Below are positions 55,644-64,000 of a DNA stretch of 64,000 nucleotides, one piece after another. Position 1 is the stretch's first letter; every line of letters starts with the position of its first letter. The DNA comes from an uncultured Gammaproteobacteria bacterium. GTDB taxonomy: Bacteria; Patescibacteriota; Microgenomatia; Levybacterales; UBA12049. Made by a program: the position numbers and the translations under genes. The stretch spans positions 76,789 through 140,788 of the forward strand of contig CAYPAU010000001.1 in the NCBI GenBank assembly GCA_964408825.1. Reading direction: 5' to 3'. The notes beneath the pieces are model-generated. The model was not told the DNA's origin, did not search any database, and saw only the letters and a list, made by a program, of their open reading frames with translations.

Positions 55644-57352
55644 GAATTTTAGAACGGATTTTATTTCCGGTAGTGTTACTGATTCTTTCTTACCCTCTTA
55701 TAAATCATCTTTTTGCACCGGGGTTTTTTCCTATTCACGACAACACTCAAGTTCAAAGAGTATTTGAAATGGCCAAGAGCTTATCTGAGGGGATGTTTCC
55801 CGTAAGATGGGTTTCTGACTTGGGATACGGATATGGATATCCAATTTTCAATTTTTATGCCCCTCTGTCATATTATGTCGGTTCGTTTTTTGTGCTCTCA
55901 GGTTTTGACTCTCTTTTTGCAACAAAGCTTATGATGGCGCTGGGCGTTTTGACTTCTGGTTTTACTATGTATTTACTTTCGAAAACATTATGGGGAAGAG
56001 TTGGAGGCTTAATCTCTGCGCTATTTTATCTATATGCTCCATATCATGCTCTTGATATCTATGTGAGAGGAGACATTTCTGAATTTTGGGCATATGCATT
56101 TATTCCTTTAGTATTCTATTCACTTATAAAAACCCTTAATAACAGAAGGTATATTGTTCTTGGTGCCTTTTCATACTCGTTTGTTATCCTTTCTCACAAT
56201 CTTACGGCATTTATGTTGACTCCTTTCCTGATTTTATTCGCTTTAATTTTTTACCCTTCCTTTAAAGAGAAAATTCTGATACCCTTTTTTCTAATTATTC
56301 TTGCAGGACTAGGCTTATCTTCGTTTTATACTCTTCCTGCAATTTTTGAAGCAAAATATACTAACATAATTTCACAAGTCGGTGGAGGAGCCGATTTTAA
56401 TGATCACTTTGTTTGTCTTTCTCAATTTTGGCAAAGTCCGTGGGGTTTTGGGGGTTCTGCCTCAGGTTGCATAGATGGGATGTCTTTTCAGCTTGGAAAA
56501 CTCCATTTCCTTTCTTTTATAGCGGCTTTTGGTCTTTTTTTAATGTCGGCAGTAAATAAAAGGTTTAAATTAAATGAAATCTTAAGAAAGGATAAAATAA
56601 TATATGGTTTTACACTTTTTTCTCTTGTTGGATTTATTCTCTCGGTTTTCTTAATGATTAATATGTCAAAATTTGTTTGGGAGGCAGTTCCTTTTATGGA
56701 ATTTCTTCAATATCCATGGAGGTTTCTTACCTTTGCCTCATTTTTTATGTCATTAGTTTCGGGAATCCTAGTCTTAAGTATAGATCTGTTTGTTTTCAAA
56801 ACAAAAAAGGGAAAATTAAGTATTATTTTTCCGGTTTTTTTAATAATAATCTTACTTTATATTAATGCCAAATTTTTTATCCCTCAGACTCTTATAGATC
56901 AAACAGGCAAAGATCTGACAAGTAAAAATAATTTAGTATGGAATACTTCGAGAATTTCAGATGAGTATATGCCAAAAAATTTTAACAAGCCAAAATCTTT
57001 GGAAGATGTTCCAAAAGGAAAGATTTCAAAGGAGGAGGGCATTCAGGCGCTCTACGAAGATTCAGGTGTTTCATTCCTTCATGCAACGGTTAAGGCAGAG
57101 AAAGATCAAAAAGCAATAATAAATACAGCATATTTTCCCTCATGGACGGGATTTTTAGATAACAAAAGAGTTGCTCTTAATAAAGAAGATTCGGGAATGT
57201 CGGTCAAGATTCCAAAGGGAGTCCATTCACTAGATCTTTTTTTCGTTGAAACGCCAATCGAAAAGCTTGGAAATTCTATTAGCCTCGCTTTTTTATTTAT
57301 TATCTTTGTTAGTATAATTATTCCTGCAAAGATACCCAAATATGAAAAATAA
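55640..57352 (+). CDS. Uncharacterised polytopic GT-C-like membrane protein (paralogue B)
   Basis: FFPIHDNTQVQRVF...GMFPVRWVSDLGYGYGYPIFNFYAPLSYY; same family as 54108..55643. Confidence 0.4.
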   Translation: MRILERILFPVVLLILSYPLINHLFAPGFFPIHDNTQVQRVFEMAKSLSEGMFPVRWVSDLGYGYGYPIFNFYAPLSYYVGSFFVLSGFDSLFATKLMMALGVLTSGFTMYLLSKTLWGRVGGLISALFYLYAPYHALDIYVRGDISEFWAYAFIPLVFYSLIKTLNNRRYIVLGAFSYSFVILSHNLTAFMLTPFLILFALIFYPSFKEKILIPFFLIILAGLGLSSFYTLPAIFEAKYTNIISQVGGGADFNDHFVCLSQFWQSPWGFGGSASGCIDGMSFQLGKLHFLSFIAAFGLFLMSAVNKRFKLNEILRKDKIIYGFTLFSLVGFILSVFLMINMSKFVWEAVPFMEFLQYPWRFLTFASFFMSLVSGILVLSIDLFVFKTKKGKLSIIFPVFLIIILLYINAKFFIPQTLIDQTGKDLTSKNNLVWNTSRISDEYMPKNFNKPKSLEDVPKGKISKEEGIQALYEDSGVSFLHATVKAEKDQKAIINTAYFPSWTGFLDNKRVALNKEDSGMSVKIPKGVHSLDLFFVETPIEKLGNSISLAFLFIIFVSIIIPAKIPKYEK

Positions 57353-58055
57353 AATTCCCGAGCTTTCTGTTTTTTTTCCTTTCTGGAACGAGGAGAAAAA
57401 CATAGAAAATGTTGTTAAAAAAGCAATACCGGTCGTCGAAGAAGTTTCTAAGAAATGGGAAATGATTATAGTCGATGACGGTTCCTCCGATAAAACTTTA
57501 AAAATTGCAAAAGAGTTTGCAAAAGAAAACCCAAATATTCGCATCGTAAGTCACGATCGCAATAGGGGCTATGGGGCATCCTTAAAATCCGGTTTTGAAA
57601 ATGCAAGATATAGCGTAATAGTTTTTACAGACGGTGATGGTCAGTTTGATTTTAAGGAGATTGATGGGTTTTTAGGAAAAATTGATAAAGCTGATATTGT
57701 TATCGGATATAGAAAAAAAAGATATGACAACCCCATTCGTCATGTCCTGATGAACATGCTTAAAATATGGGATTTATTTTTCTTTGGCTTTTGGTTCAGG
57801 GATATTGACTGCGGATTTAAAATGTTTACTAAAAAAGCATTGCTTAAGATCGCTCCACTTAAATCCGAAGGGGCAATGATAACGACTGAAATTTTAGCAA
57901 AGGCAAGAAAGACAAAACTTAAAATTGAACAAGTCGAAGTGACACATTATCCAAGATTCTATGGAGATCAAAGCGGAGGAAATTTAAGAGTAATAGTAAG
58001 AGCTATTAGAGAAAGTTTTGCCCTCTTTAGAGAGCTAAATTATGGAAGACATTGA
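57342..58055 (+). CDS. GT2 glycosyltransferase (DPM1/ArnC-like)
   Basis: FFPFWNEEKNI, IIVDDGSSDKT, and a DxD motif (TDGDGQFD). Confidence 0.8.
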   Translation: MKNKIPELSVFFPFWNEEKNIENVVKKAIPVVEEVSKKWEMIIVDDGSSDKTLKIAKEFAKENPNIRIVSHDRNRGYGASLKSGFENARYSVIVFTDGDGQFDFKEIDGFLGKIDKADIVIGYRKKRYDNPIRHVLMNMLKIWDLFFFGFWFRDIDCGFKMFTKKALLKIAPLKSEGAMITTEILAKARKTKLKIEQVEVTHYPRFYGDQSGGNLRVIVRAIRESFALFRELNYGRH

Positions 58056-59496
58056 CCTTCTTCTTATAAAAAAAAGATCTATTCGTGGAATCTTTGCCCT
58101 CTCGTCCCGGACCTTATTCATACAAATTTTGGGGTTTGTGGCAAATCTTTTCCTTACTATTTTTCTTGCGCCTTCGGTTTTTGGCGTATATTTCGTAGTT
58201 TCGGCGGCGGTTGCTTTCTTATCGTACTTTTCAGACATTGGACTTGCTGCAGCTTTAATTCAGAAAAAAGAATCTGTAACCGAGGAAGATCTTCGGACAA
58301 CTTTTACAATTCAACAGGTTTTGGTTCTTGCAGTTGTGGTTGTCGCTCTTTTTTCCTCGGGGTTTATTAAAGGATTTTACAAACTTGATAATGAAGGGAT
58401 TTTTCTTTTTCAAGCACTAATAATCTCTTTTTTCCTTTCATCTCTTAAGACTATTCCTTCAATAATTCTTGAAAGAAGTCTTAAGTTTGATAAACTTGTT
58501 ATACCACAGATCGTTGAGAGTCTTTTTTTTAATATAACTGCGGTTTTCCTGGCAATAAAAGGTTTTGGGATAACGAGTTTTACCATAGCGGTACTTCTGC
58601 GGGGAGTGGTTGGTCTTATTGCCATTTATATTATCAGTCCTTGGAAAATAGGTTTTAGTCTGTCATCAAATTCTGCCAAAAAATTATTGTCCTATGGTAT
58701 TCCTTTTCAGGCAAATAGTTTTCTTGCTCTTATAAAAGATGATCTTCTGATTGCATATCTTGGAAAGGTATTACCACTTTCTCAAGTAGGATTCGTAGGT
58801 TTTGCCCAGAAATGGGCTTTTATGCCCCTTCGCCTTATAATGGACAATATTATAAGAATAACTTTTCCTTCATTTTCAAGACTTCAGGAAGATAAAAAAG
58901 TTCTCGGAAAGGCAATAGAGAAATCTATTTTTGTATCAGCATTTTTAATATTTCCCGCACTTACCGCTCTAATTTTTTTGGCCCCTTCCCTTACAAAAAT
59001 TATCCCAAGATATGAAAAATGGGAACCTGCGCTTATGTCAGTTACTTTTTTTTCTCTAAATGCCTGTCTTTCATCTATATCTACCCCTCTTACAAATACT
59101 TTAAATGCAATAGGGAAAATTAAGACTACCCTTTATTTAATGGTCTTCTGGACATCATCAACTTGGATACTTACGCCTTTTTTTATTAATATTTTCGGCT
59201 ATAACGGGGTTTCTATAGCGTCCTTTCTTATAGCAACTTCTGTTTTTATCGTAATATACTTGGTAAAAAAATACGTTGATTTCAACTGGACTGTGGTTTT
59301 CTATCCTTTAACTTCCTCTGTCTTTATGGGTGTAGTTCTGTATTGGCTGACACGTTTTTTGCCTCAGAATATTTATTACCTTAGCTTTTCTCTTGTCCTT
59401 GGACTTATAATATATTTTGGGAGTATATTTATACTTGCAAAAGATATGGTGCTTTCGGATATCAGGTTAATAAAAGAAAATATTTTTAGAAAATGA
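58042..59496 (+). CDS. Polysaccharide biosynthesis protein / oligosaccharide flippase (Wzx, MOP superfamily)
   Basis: 484 aa with about 12-14 transmembrane helices and a Wzx-like N-terminal region. Confidence 0.7.
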   Translation: MEDIDLLLIKKRSIRGIFALSSRTLFIQILGFVANLFLTIFLAPSVFGVYFVVSAAVAFLSYFSDIGLAAALIQKKESVTEEDLRTTFTIQQVLVLAVVVVALFSSGFIKGFYKLDNEGIFLFQALIISFFLSSLKTIPSIILERSLKFDKLVIPQIVESLFFNITAVFLAIKGFGITSFTIAVLLRGVVGLIAIYIISPWKIGFSLSSNSAKKLLSYGIPFQANSFLALIKDDLLIAYLGKVLPLSQVGFVGFAQKWAFMPLRLIMDNIIRITFPSFSRLQEDKKVLGKAIEKSIFVSAFLIFPALTALIFLAPSLTKIIPRYEKWEPALMSVTFFSLNACLSSISTPLTNTLNAIGKIKTTLYLMVFWTSSTWILTPFFINIFGYNGVSIASFLIATSVFIVIYLVKKYVDFNWTVVFYPLTSSVFMGVVLYWLTRFLPQNIYYLSFSLVLGLIIYFGSIFILAKDMVLSDIRLIKENIFRK

Positions 59497-60413
59497 AAAA
59501 AATTTCGGCAGTAATTACAACCTTTAATGAGGAGAGAAAAATTGAGGACTGTTTAAAATCTGTTCGCCAGTTGGCGGATGAGATTATCCTTGTTGATGGA
59601 TCTTCGACCGATGATACAGTGAAGATTGCTAAAAAATATACTTCAAAAATTTACATTCGAGAAAATAATCCCATGCTGAATGTCAATAAAAACTATGGTT
59701 TTATGAAAGCAACTAATGAATGGATCCTAAGTCTTGATGCAGATGAACGAGTTACTCTCGAACTTGCGAAAGAGATAAAAGAGATTCTTAAGTCTCCTGT
59801 CTTAAGTCTTAAATCTGATCTCAATGGCTATTATGTTCCCAGGAGAAATTTCATTTTTGGCAGATGGATAAAACATGCTGGATGGTACCCTGATTATCAA
59901 CTGAGATTATTTAAGAGGGGAAAAGGTAGATTTGAGGAAAAGCATGTACATGAAATGCTTAATGTCGAAGGTAAAACAGGGCATCTAAAATCTGATATTC
60001 TCCACCTTAACTATGAAAATGTTTCTCAGTTTTTAAAAAAACTTCTACTATATACGCAAAATGAGGCAGAGCAACTATTGGGAAGTGGATATATTTTTGA
60101 CTGGCGTGACTGTCTGAGAATGCCTTTCAAGGAATTCTTAAGCCGCTTTTTTGCAAGAAAAGGATATAAAGATGGACTTCATGGTCTAGTGTTATCTCTC
60201 CTAATGGCTTTTTACCACTTAATAGTTTTTACCGTCATTTGGGAAAAGACCAAATTCAGAGAATATGATAGCGAGAATTTTTTAAAGGAAACTACCGAAG
60301 AAATTGGTAAAGCAAAGAAAGAGTTTTCGTATTGGCTTAAAAAAGAAAATTCAAACAATGCAAGAAATCCAATCGAAAGAAGCCTTCAAAAGATAACAGA
60401 CAAATTATCCTAA
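59493..60413 (+). CDS. GT2 glycosyltransferase
   Basis: ISAVITTFNEE, ILVDGSSTDDT, LDADER. Confidence 0.8.
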   Translation: MKKISAVITTFNEERKIEDCLKSVRQLADEIILVDGSSTDDTVKIAKKYTSKIYIRENNPMLNVNKNYGFMKATNEWILSLDADERVTLELAKEIKEILKSPVLSLKSDLNGYYVPRRNFIFGRWIKHAGWYPDYQLRLFKRGKGRFEEKHVHEMLNVEGKTGHLKSDILHLNYENVSQFLKKLLLYTQNEAEQLLGSGYIFDWRDCLRMPFKEFLSRFFARKGYKDGLHGLVLSLLMAFYHLIVFTVIWEKTKFREYDSENFLKETTEEIGKAKKEFSYWLKKENSNNARNPIERSLQKITDKLS

Positions 60414-60422
60414 AATTATTTT

Positions 60423-61331
60423 GTGTTAAAAGTTTTTGTAACAATAATCACCTTTAATAGTCACAATGCAACACTTGAGTGTTTGGAAAGTGTTGAGAGG
60501 ATTGAGAAGAAAGGTTTCGAACTTTTTGTTAACGTTATCGATAACGGTTCAAGAGAAGTTTTTAAGACTAAAAATGAATATAAAAATTTCGTTCTTAAAA
60601 TTTTAAGATCCGATCAAAACCTGGGGTTTTCAGGAGGGCAAAATCTTGGAATTAAACAAGCCCTTAGGGATGGAGCAGATTATATAGTCGTTTTGAATAA
60701 CGATACGATTCTCGATAAAAATTTGATAGTTTCTCTTATAACAACATTTAAAGAAGGCATGGGTATTGTTTCTCCCAAAATATACTTTGCAAAAGGATAT
60801 GAATTTCATAAAGAAAGATATAGCGAGAAAGAAAAGGGTAAGGTTTTTTGGTATGCAGGAGGTATATTTGATTGGAGCAATATGATAGCAAGCCACAGAG
60901 GCGTAGACGAGGTCGATAAAGGACAATATGACAAGCTTTCGGAGATTGATTTTGCTACAGGTTGCTGTATGGCAATAAGGAGTGATGTTTTTGAGAGGGT
61001 AGGTTTTTTTGATGAGAAATATTTTTTATATCTTGAAGACAGCGACTTGTCAAATAGACTGAAAAAAAAGGGTTTAAAGATTATTTATCAGCCAGAGGCA
61101 GTCCTTTGGCATAAAAACGCTTCATCGGCGGGTGGATCTGGATCTATCTTGCAAGACTACTATATTACAAGAAACAGACTACTATTTGGTTTCAAATACG
61201 CTAATTTAAGGACAAAGCTGGCCCTGATAAGAGAAAGTGTCAAAATTATAATCTCTGGAAGAAGATGGCAAAAACAAGGAGCAATTGATTTCTACTTAGG
61301 TAAATTTGGAAGAGGAAGTTTTAATCCATGA
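60423..61331 (+). CDS. GT2 glycosyltransferase (rhamnosyltransferase-like)
   Basis: VTIITFNSHN and VIDNGSRE, with a DxD-like motif. Confidence 0.75.
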   Translation: MLKVFVTIITFNSHNATLECLESVERIEKKGFELFVNVIDNGSREVFKTKNEYKNFVLKILRSDQNLGFSGGQNLGIKQALRDGADYIVVLNNDTILDKNLIVSLITTFKEGMGIVSPKIYFAKGYEFHKERYSEKEKGKVFWYAGGIFDWSNMIASHRGVDEVDKGQYDKLSEIDFATGCCMAIRSDVFERVGFFDEKYFLYLEDSDLSNRLKKKGLKIIYQPEAVLWHKNASSAGGSGSILQDYYITRNRLLFGFKYANLRTKLALIRESVKIIISGRRWQKQGAIDFYLGKFGRGSFNP

Positions 61332-62131
61332 AAATTTCGGCAGTTGTAATTGCAAAAAATGCAGAAGATGTAATAAGAGAATGTTTTTCATCGTTGAAAT
61401 TCTGTGATGAAATTATAGTTGTAGATAATGGGTCTTCCGATAAAACTTCCGATATTGCAAGAGAATTTGGAGCTAAAGTTATTTCGGAAAAATCGGCCGA
61501 TTTCTCAAAGCTTAGAAATGCTGGCTTAAAAGAGACTTCTTTTGACTGGATTTTATATATTGACTCTGACGAAAGAGTTCCGAAGGAGCTTTCGGAAGAA
61601 ATATTGTTAAAAATAAAAAATCCGGAAGAGCTTGTGGCTTTTAGAATAAAAAGAAAAAATTATTATCTTGGTTCTTTAAAGTTGAATGAATGGCCGTTTA
61701 AAGAGAAGCTTGAGAGATTATTTAAGAAACAGTACTTAAAGGGATGGCAAGGTAAGATCCACGAAAGCCCAATTGTGGAGGGTGAAATCGGAGATTTAGA
61801 AAACTGTCTTCTTCATTTTACCCATCGGGATTTAAGTCAAATGCTTACCAAAACCATTGAGTGGTCTGAGATTGAAGCTGACCTTCGTTTTAAAAGTGAC
61901 CATCCGGTAATGTCTTGGTGGAGATTCCCGAAAGTGATATTTTCTGCCTTTTTTGAATCTTACTTTAAGCAAGGTGGGTATAAGGCTGGTACAGTAGGAA
62001 TTATAGAAAGTATATATCAAGCATTCAGTGCTTTTATTACATACGCAAAGTTATGGGAAAAACAGCAGGAGAGCAAAATTCCCGCTTCGCAGCGAGGCGA
62101 GCAAAATGCAAAAGTCAAAAATACAAGTTAA
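61328..62131 (+). CDS. GT2 glycosyltransferase
   Basis: ISAVVIAKNAEDVI, IIVVDNGSSDKT, IDSDER. Confidence 0.8.
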   Translation: MKISAVVIAKNAEDVIRECFSSLKFCDEIIVVDNGSSDKTSDIAREFGAKVISEKSADFSKLRNAGLKETSFDWILYIDSDERVPKELSEEILLKIKNPEELVAFRIKRKNYYLGSLKLNEWPFKEKLERLFKKQYLKGWQGKIHESPIVEGEIGDLENCLLHFTHRDLSQMLTKTIEWSEIEADLRFKSDHPVMSWWRFPKVIFSAFFESYFKQGGYKAGTVGIIESIYQAFSAFITYAKLWEKQQESKIPASQRGEQNAKVKNTS

Positions 62132-64000
62132 AATTCAAAATCTTTTATTTAAGTTTTGGCCGCTACTATTTATAGTAATTGTCTGGTCTGTTTTCGCAAG
62201 TCCGTATTTTTTAAAGAATCTTGTTCCGTTCCCCTCAAATTACCTTGTTAATTTTTTTCCGCCCTGGGCATCATATGGAGAATTTGCAGGGCCTGTAAAA
62301 AATAATGCAATGCCGGATATTATATCCCAGATTTATCCTTGGAAAAAACTGACCATAGACTCCCTTAAGAGTGGCGAAATTCCTTTTTGGAATCCTTATA
62401 GTTTCTCCGGAAATCCCCATCTTGCAAATTACCAATCGGGAGTTCTCTCCCCTTTTAATCTTATTTTTTTTATACTTCCGTTTGTTGATGCATGGAGTGT
62501 CCTTATTTTACTTGCGCCCCTTCTCTCGGGTTTTTTTACTTATCTTCTTATGAGAAGTTTAAATGTCTCGAAATTAGGATCAACTTTAGGCGGTATCGTA
62601 TTTATGTTTTGTGGTTTTATGGTAGTATGGATGGCTTATGGGACATTATCTTATGCTATACTTTACCTTCCCTTAGCGTTTTATGCGATTCAAAATTTTG
62701 CAAATAGCAAAAAAATTAGATATTTAATACTCCTTTCTCTAACAATTCCTTTTTCTTTTTTTTCGGGTCATTTTCAAATAAGTTTTTATTTTCTAATCTC
62801 AATATTTGTTTTTTTACTCTTTAGGATCTATAAAGAAACACTTAAAACCAAATTTTTTCTTACAACAGCACTGTTTACAGGCATTCTTTTATCTATGCCT
62901 CAGCTTCTACCTTCCTGGGAACTTTATACGCATTCTATAAGAAAGGCAATTTTTCGCTTAACGGAGACAGTACCAATAGGGTATATAATTACATCCTTTG
63001 CTCCTGATTTTTATGGCAATGCCGTTACCCGCAATGATTGGTACGGACATTATGCCGAGTGGGCTTCTTTTGTGGGAATAATTTCTCTTATTCTTGCCAC
63101 AATTTCTTTTCTTAAGCCAAAAAAGGAGATTATATTTTTTGGGATTTTAGGTCTTGCATCACTTCTTCTTAGCCTTCAGACTCCACTTGCTGAATTAATT
63201 ATCAATCTTAAGATACCAGTCGTTTCAACAAGTGCCCTATCAAGAATAATAGTAATTTTCAGTTTTTCGGCAGCAGTTCTTGCAGGATATGGACTGGATA
63301 TTCTTAAAGAATATATAGTAAAAAGCAAATCAAAAAGAATAATTGTTGTATTTTCCGCCTGGATAGTTTTTATCTTTCTAATTTGGACATCTCTTTTCTT
63401 TTTCCCTCTTTTGCCACCCGAGAAGATACTTATAGCAAAGCGAAATATGATACTTCCAACACTTATCTTAACCCTGGGGTCTCTTACTGTTCTCACGTCC
63501 TTTTATATAAGAAAATTTGCTTTAGTTTTTTTATTTGGACTTTTGATTCTTACCTCCTTGGATAGTCTAAGGTTTGCTCAAAAATGGATGCCGTTTGATC
63601 CTAAAAAATATGTTTTTCCTACCCCCCCCGTTGTAAAAGCTCTTCAAAAAGAAACAAGAGGAGTTGACAGAGTTTTTGGAAATATAGGCGGAGAGCTTGT
63701 AAATTACTACAAACTTCCCGGAGTTGAGGGATATGACCCGCTATATATTGAAAGATACGGAGAATTTTTAAGAAGTGGAGTCGTGGGACATTTCGCTCCA
63801 CCTGAGAGATCTGTTGTAAAGTTGGGAAGAAGCGGGGAAAATACAGATAAGATTATAGATCTGTTGGGTGCTAGTGTAATTTTCCATCCAAATGCTGACA
63901 CCGGTCAGGAGTGGGCGTATCCAGTTTGGAAAAATACCGATAGGTTTGTCCCCATTTATAAAGATGGAAGTTTTCAACTTTACAGAAACAATACTGCTCT
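62106..64000 (+). CDS. YfhO-family membrane protein, second paralogue; partial, running off the window end
   Basis: Open frame from ATG 62106 (MQKSKIQVKIQNLLFKFWPLLF...) with PFWNPYSFSGNPHLANYQSGVLSPFN matching the first YfhO. No stop before 64000. Confidence 0.55.
   Translation, partial: MQKSKIQVKIQNLLFKFWPLLFIVIVWSVFASPYFLKNLVPFPSNYLVNFFPPWASYGEFAGPVKNNAMPDIISQIYPWKKLTIDSLKSGEIPFWNPYSFSGNPHLANYQSGVLSPFNLIFFILPFVDAWSVLILLAPLLSGFFTYLLMRSLNVSKLGSTLGGIVFMFCGFMVVWMAYGTLSYAILYLPLAFYAIQNFANSKKIRYLILLSLTIPFSFFSGHFQISFYFLISIFVFLLFRIYKETLKTKFFLTTALFTGILLSMPQLLPSWELYTHSIRKAIFRLTETVPIGYIITSFAPDFYGNAVTRNDWYGHYAEWASFVGIISLILATISFLKPKKEIIFFGILGLASLLLSLQTPLAELIINLKIPVVSTSALSRIIVIFSFSAAVLAGYGLDILKEYIVKSKSKRIIVVFSAWIVFIFLIWTSLFFFPLLPPEKILIAKRNMILPTLILTLGSLTVLTSFYIRKFALVFLFGLLILTSLDSLRFAQKWMPFDPKKYVFPTPPVVKALQKETRGVDRVFGNIGGELVNYYKLPGVEGYDPLYIERYGEFLRSGVVGHFAPPERSVVKLGRSGENTDKIIDLLGASVIFHPNADTGQEWAYPVWKNTDRFVPIYKDGSFQLYRNNTA

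Overview
This is a low-GC (~35%), gene-dense bacterial window of about 75 ORFs. The gene content looks like a small-genome Patescibacteria/CPR-like organism: archaeal-type AspRS, a short enolase, an RRM RNA-binding protein, and many GT-C membrane glycosyltransferases. That taxonomic call is inference.

The layout is as follows.
- **1..10.9 kb:** a nucleotide-sugar/glycan operon: RmlA-like, Nudix, RmlB, RmlD, Ugd, Rmd-like, Gmd, UDP-xylose synthase, a GT2-GtrA fusion, and an ArnT/PMT-like GT-C. Both rmlD and gmd carry an in-frame TAA.
- **11..27 kb:** housekeeping genes: secDF, an ABC exporter, cca, recJ, aspS, a DD-carboxypeptidase, and gltX.
- **27.6..28.1 kb and 45.6..46.1 kb:** tRNA-Gln(CUG) and tRNA-Glu(CUC), each directly followed by a ~360-bp cassette. 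Each cassette encodes a small YhbQ/UPF0213-type GIY-YIG nuclease and is bounded by short imperfect inverted repeats and an exact 16-17-bp duplication of the tRNA 3' end. This looks like a family of minimal tRNA-targeting mobile elements and is the most unusual thing in the window.
- **28..46 kb:** hypothetical secreted and membrane proteins, an MFS transporter, ppsA, a PIN/RHH toxin-antitoxin pair with a consensus promoter/operator, eno, a 2-hydroxyacid dehydrogenase, a PQQ-type sugar dehydrogenase, and lon.
- **48..64 kb:** a large surface-glycosylation cluster: five GT2 genes, a Wzx-like flippase, and six polytopic GT-C proteins (two YfhO paralogues, a PMT/ArnT-like protein, and an unknown paralogous pair).

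No CRISPR array or rRNA gene was seen.
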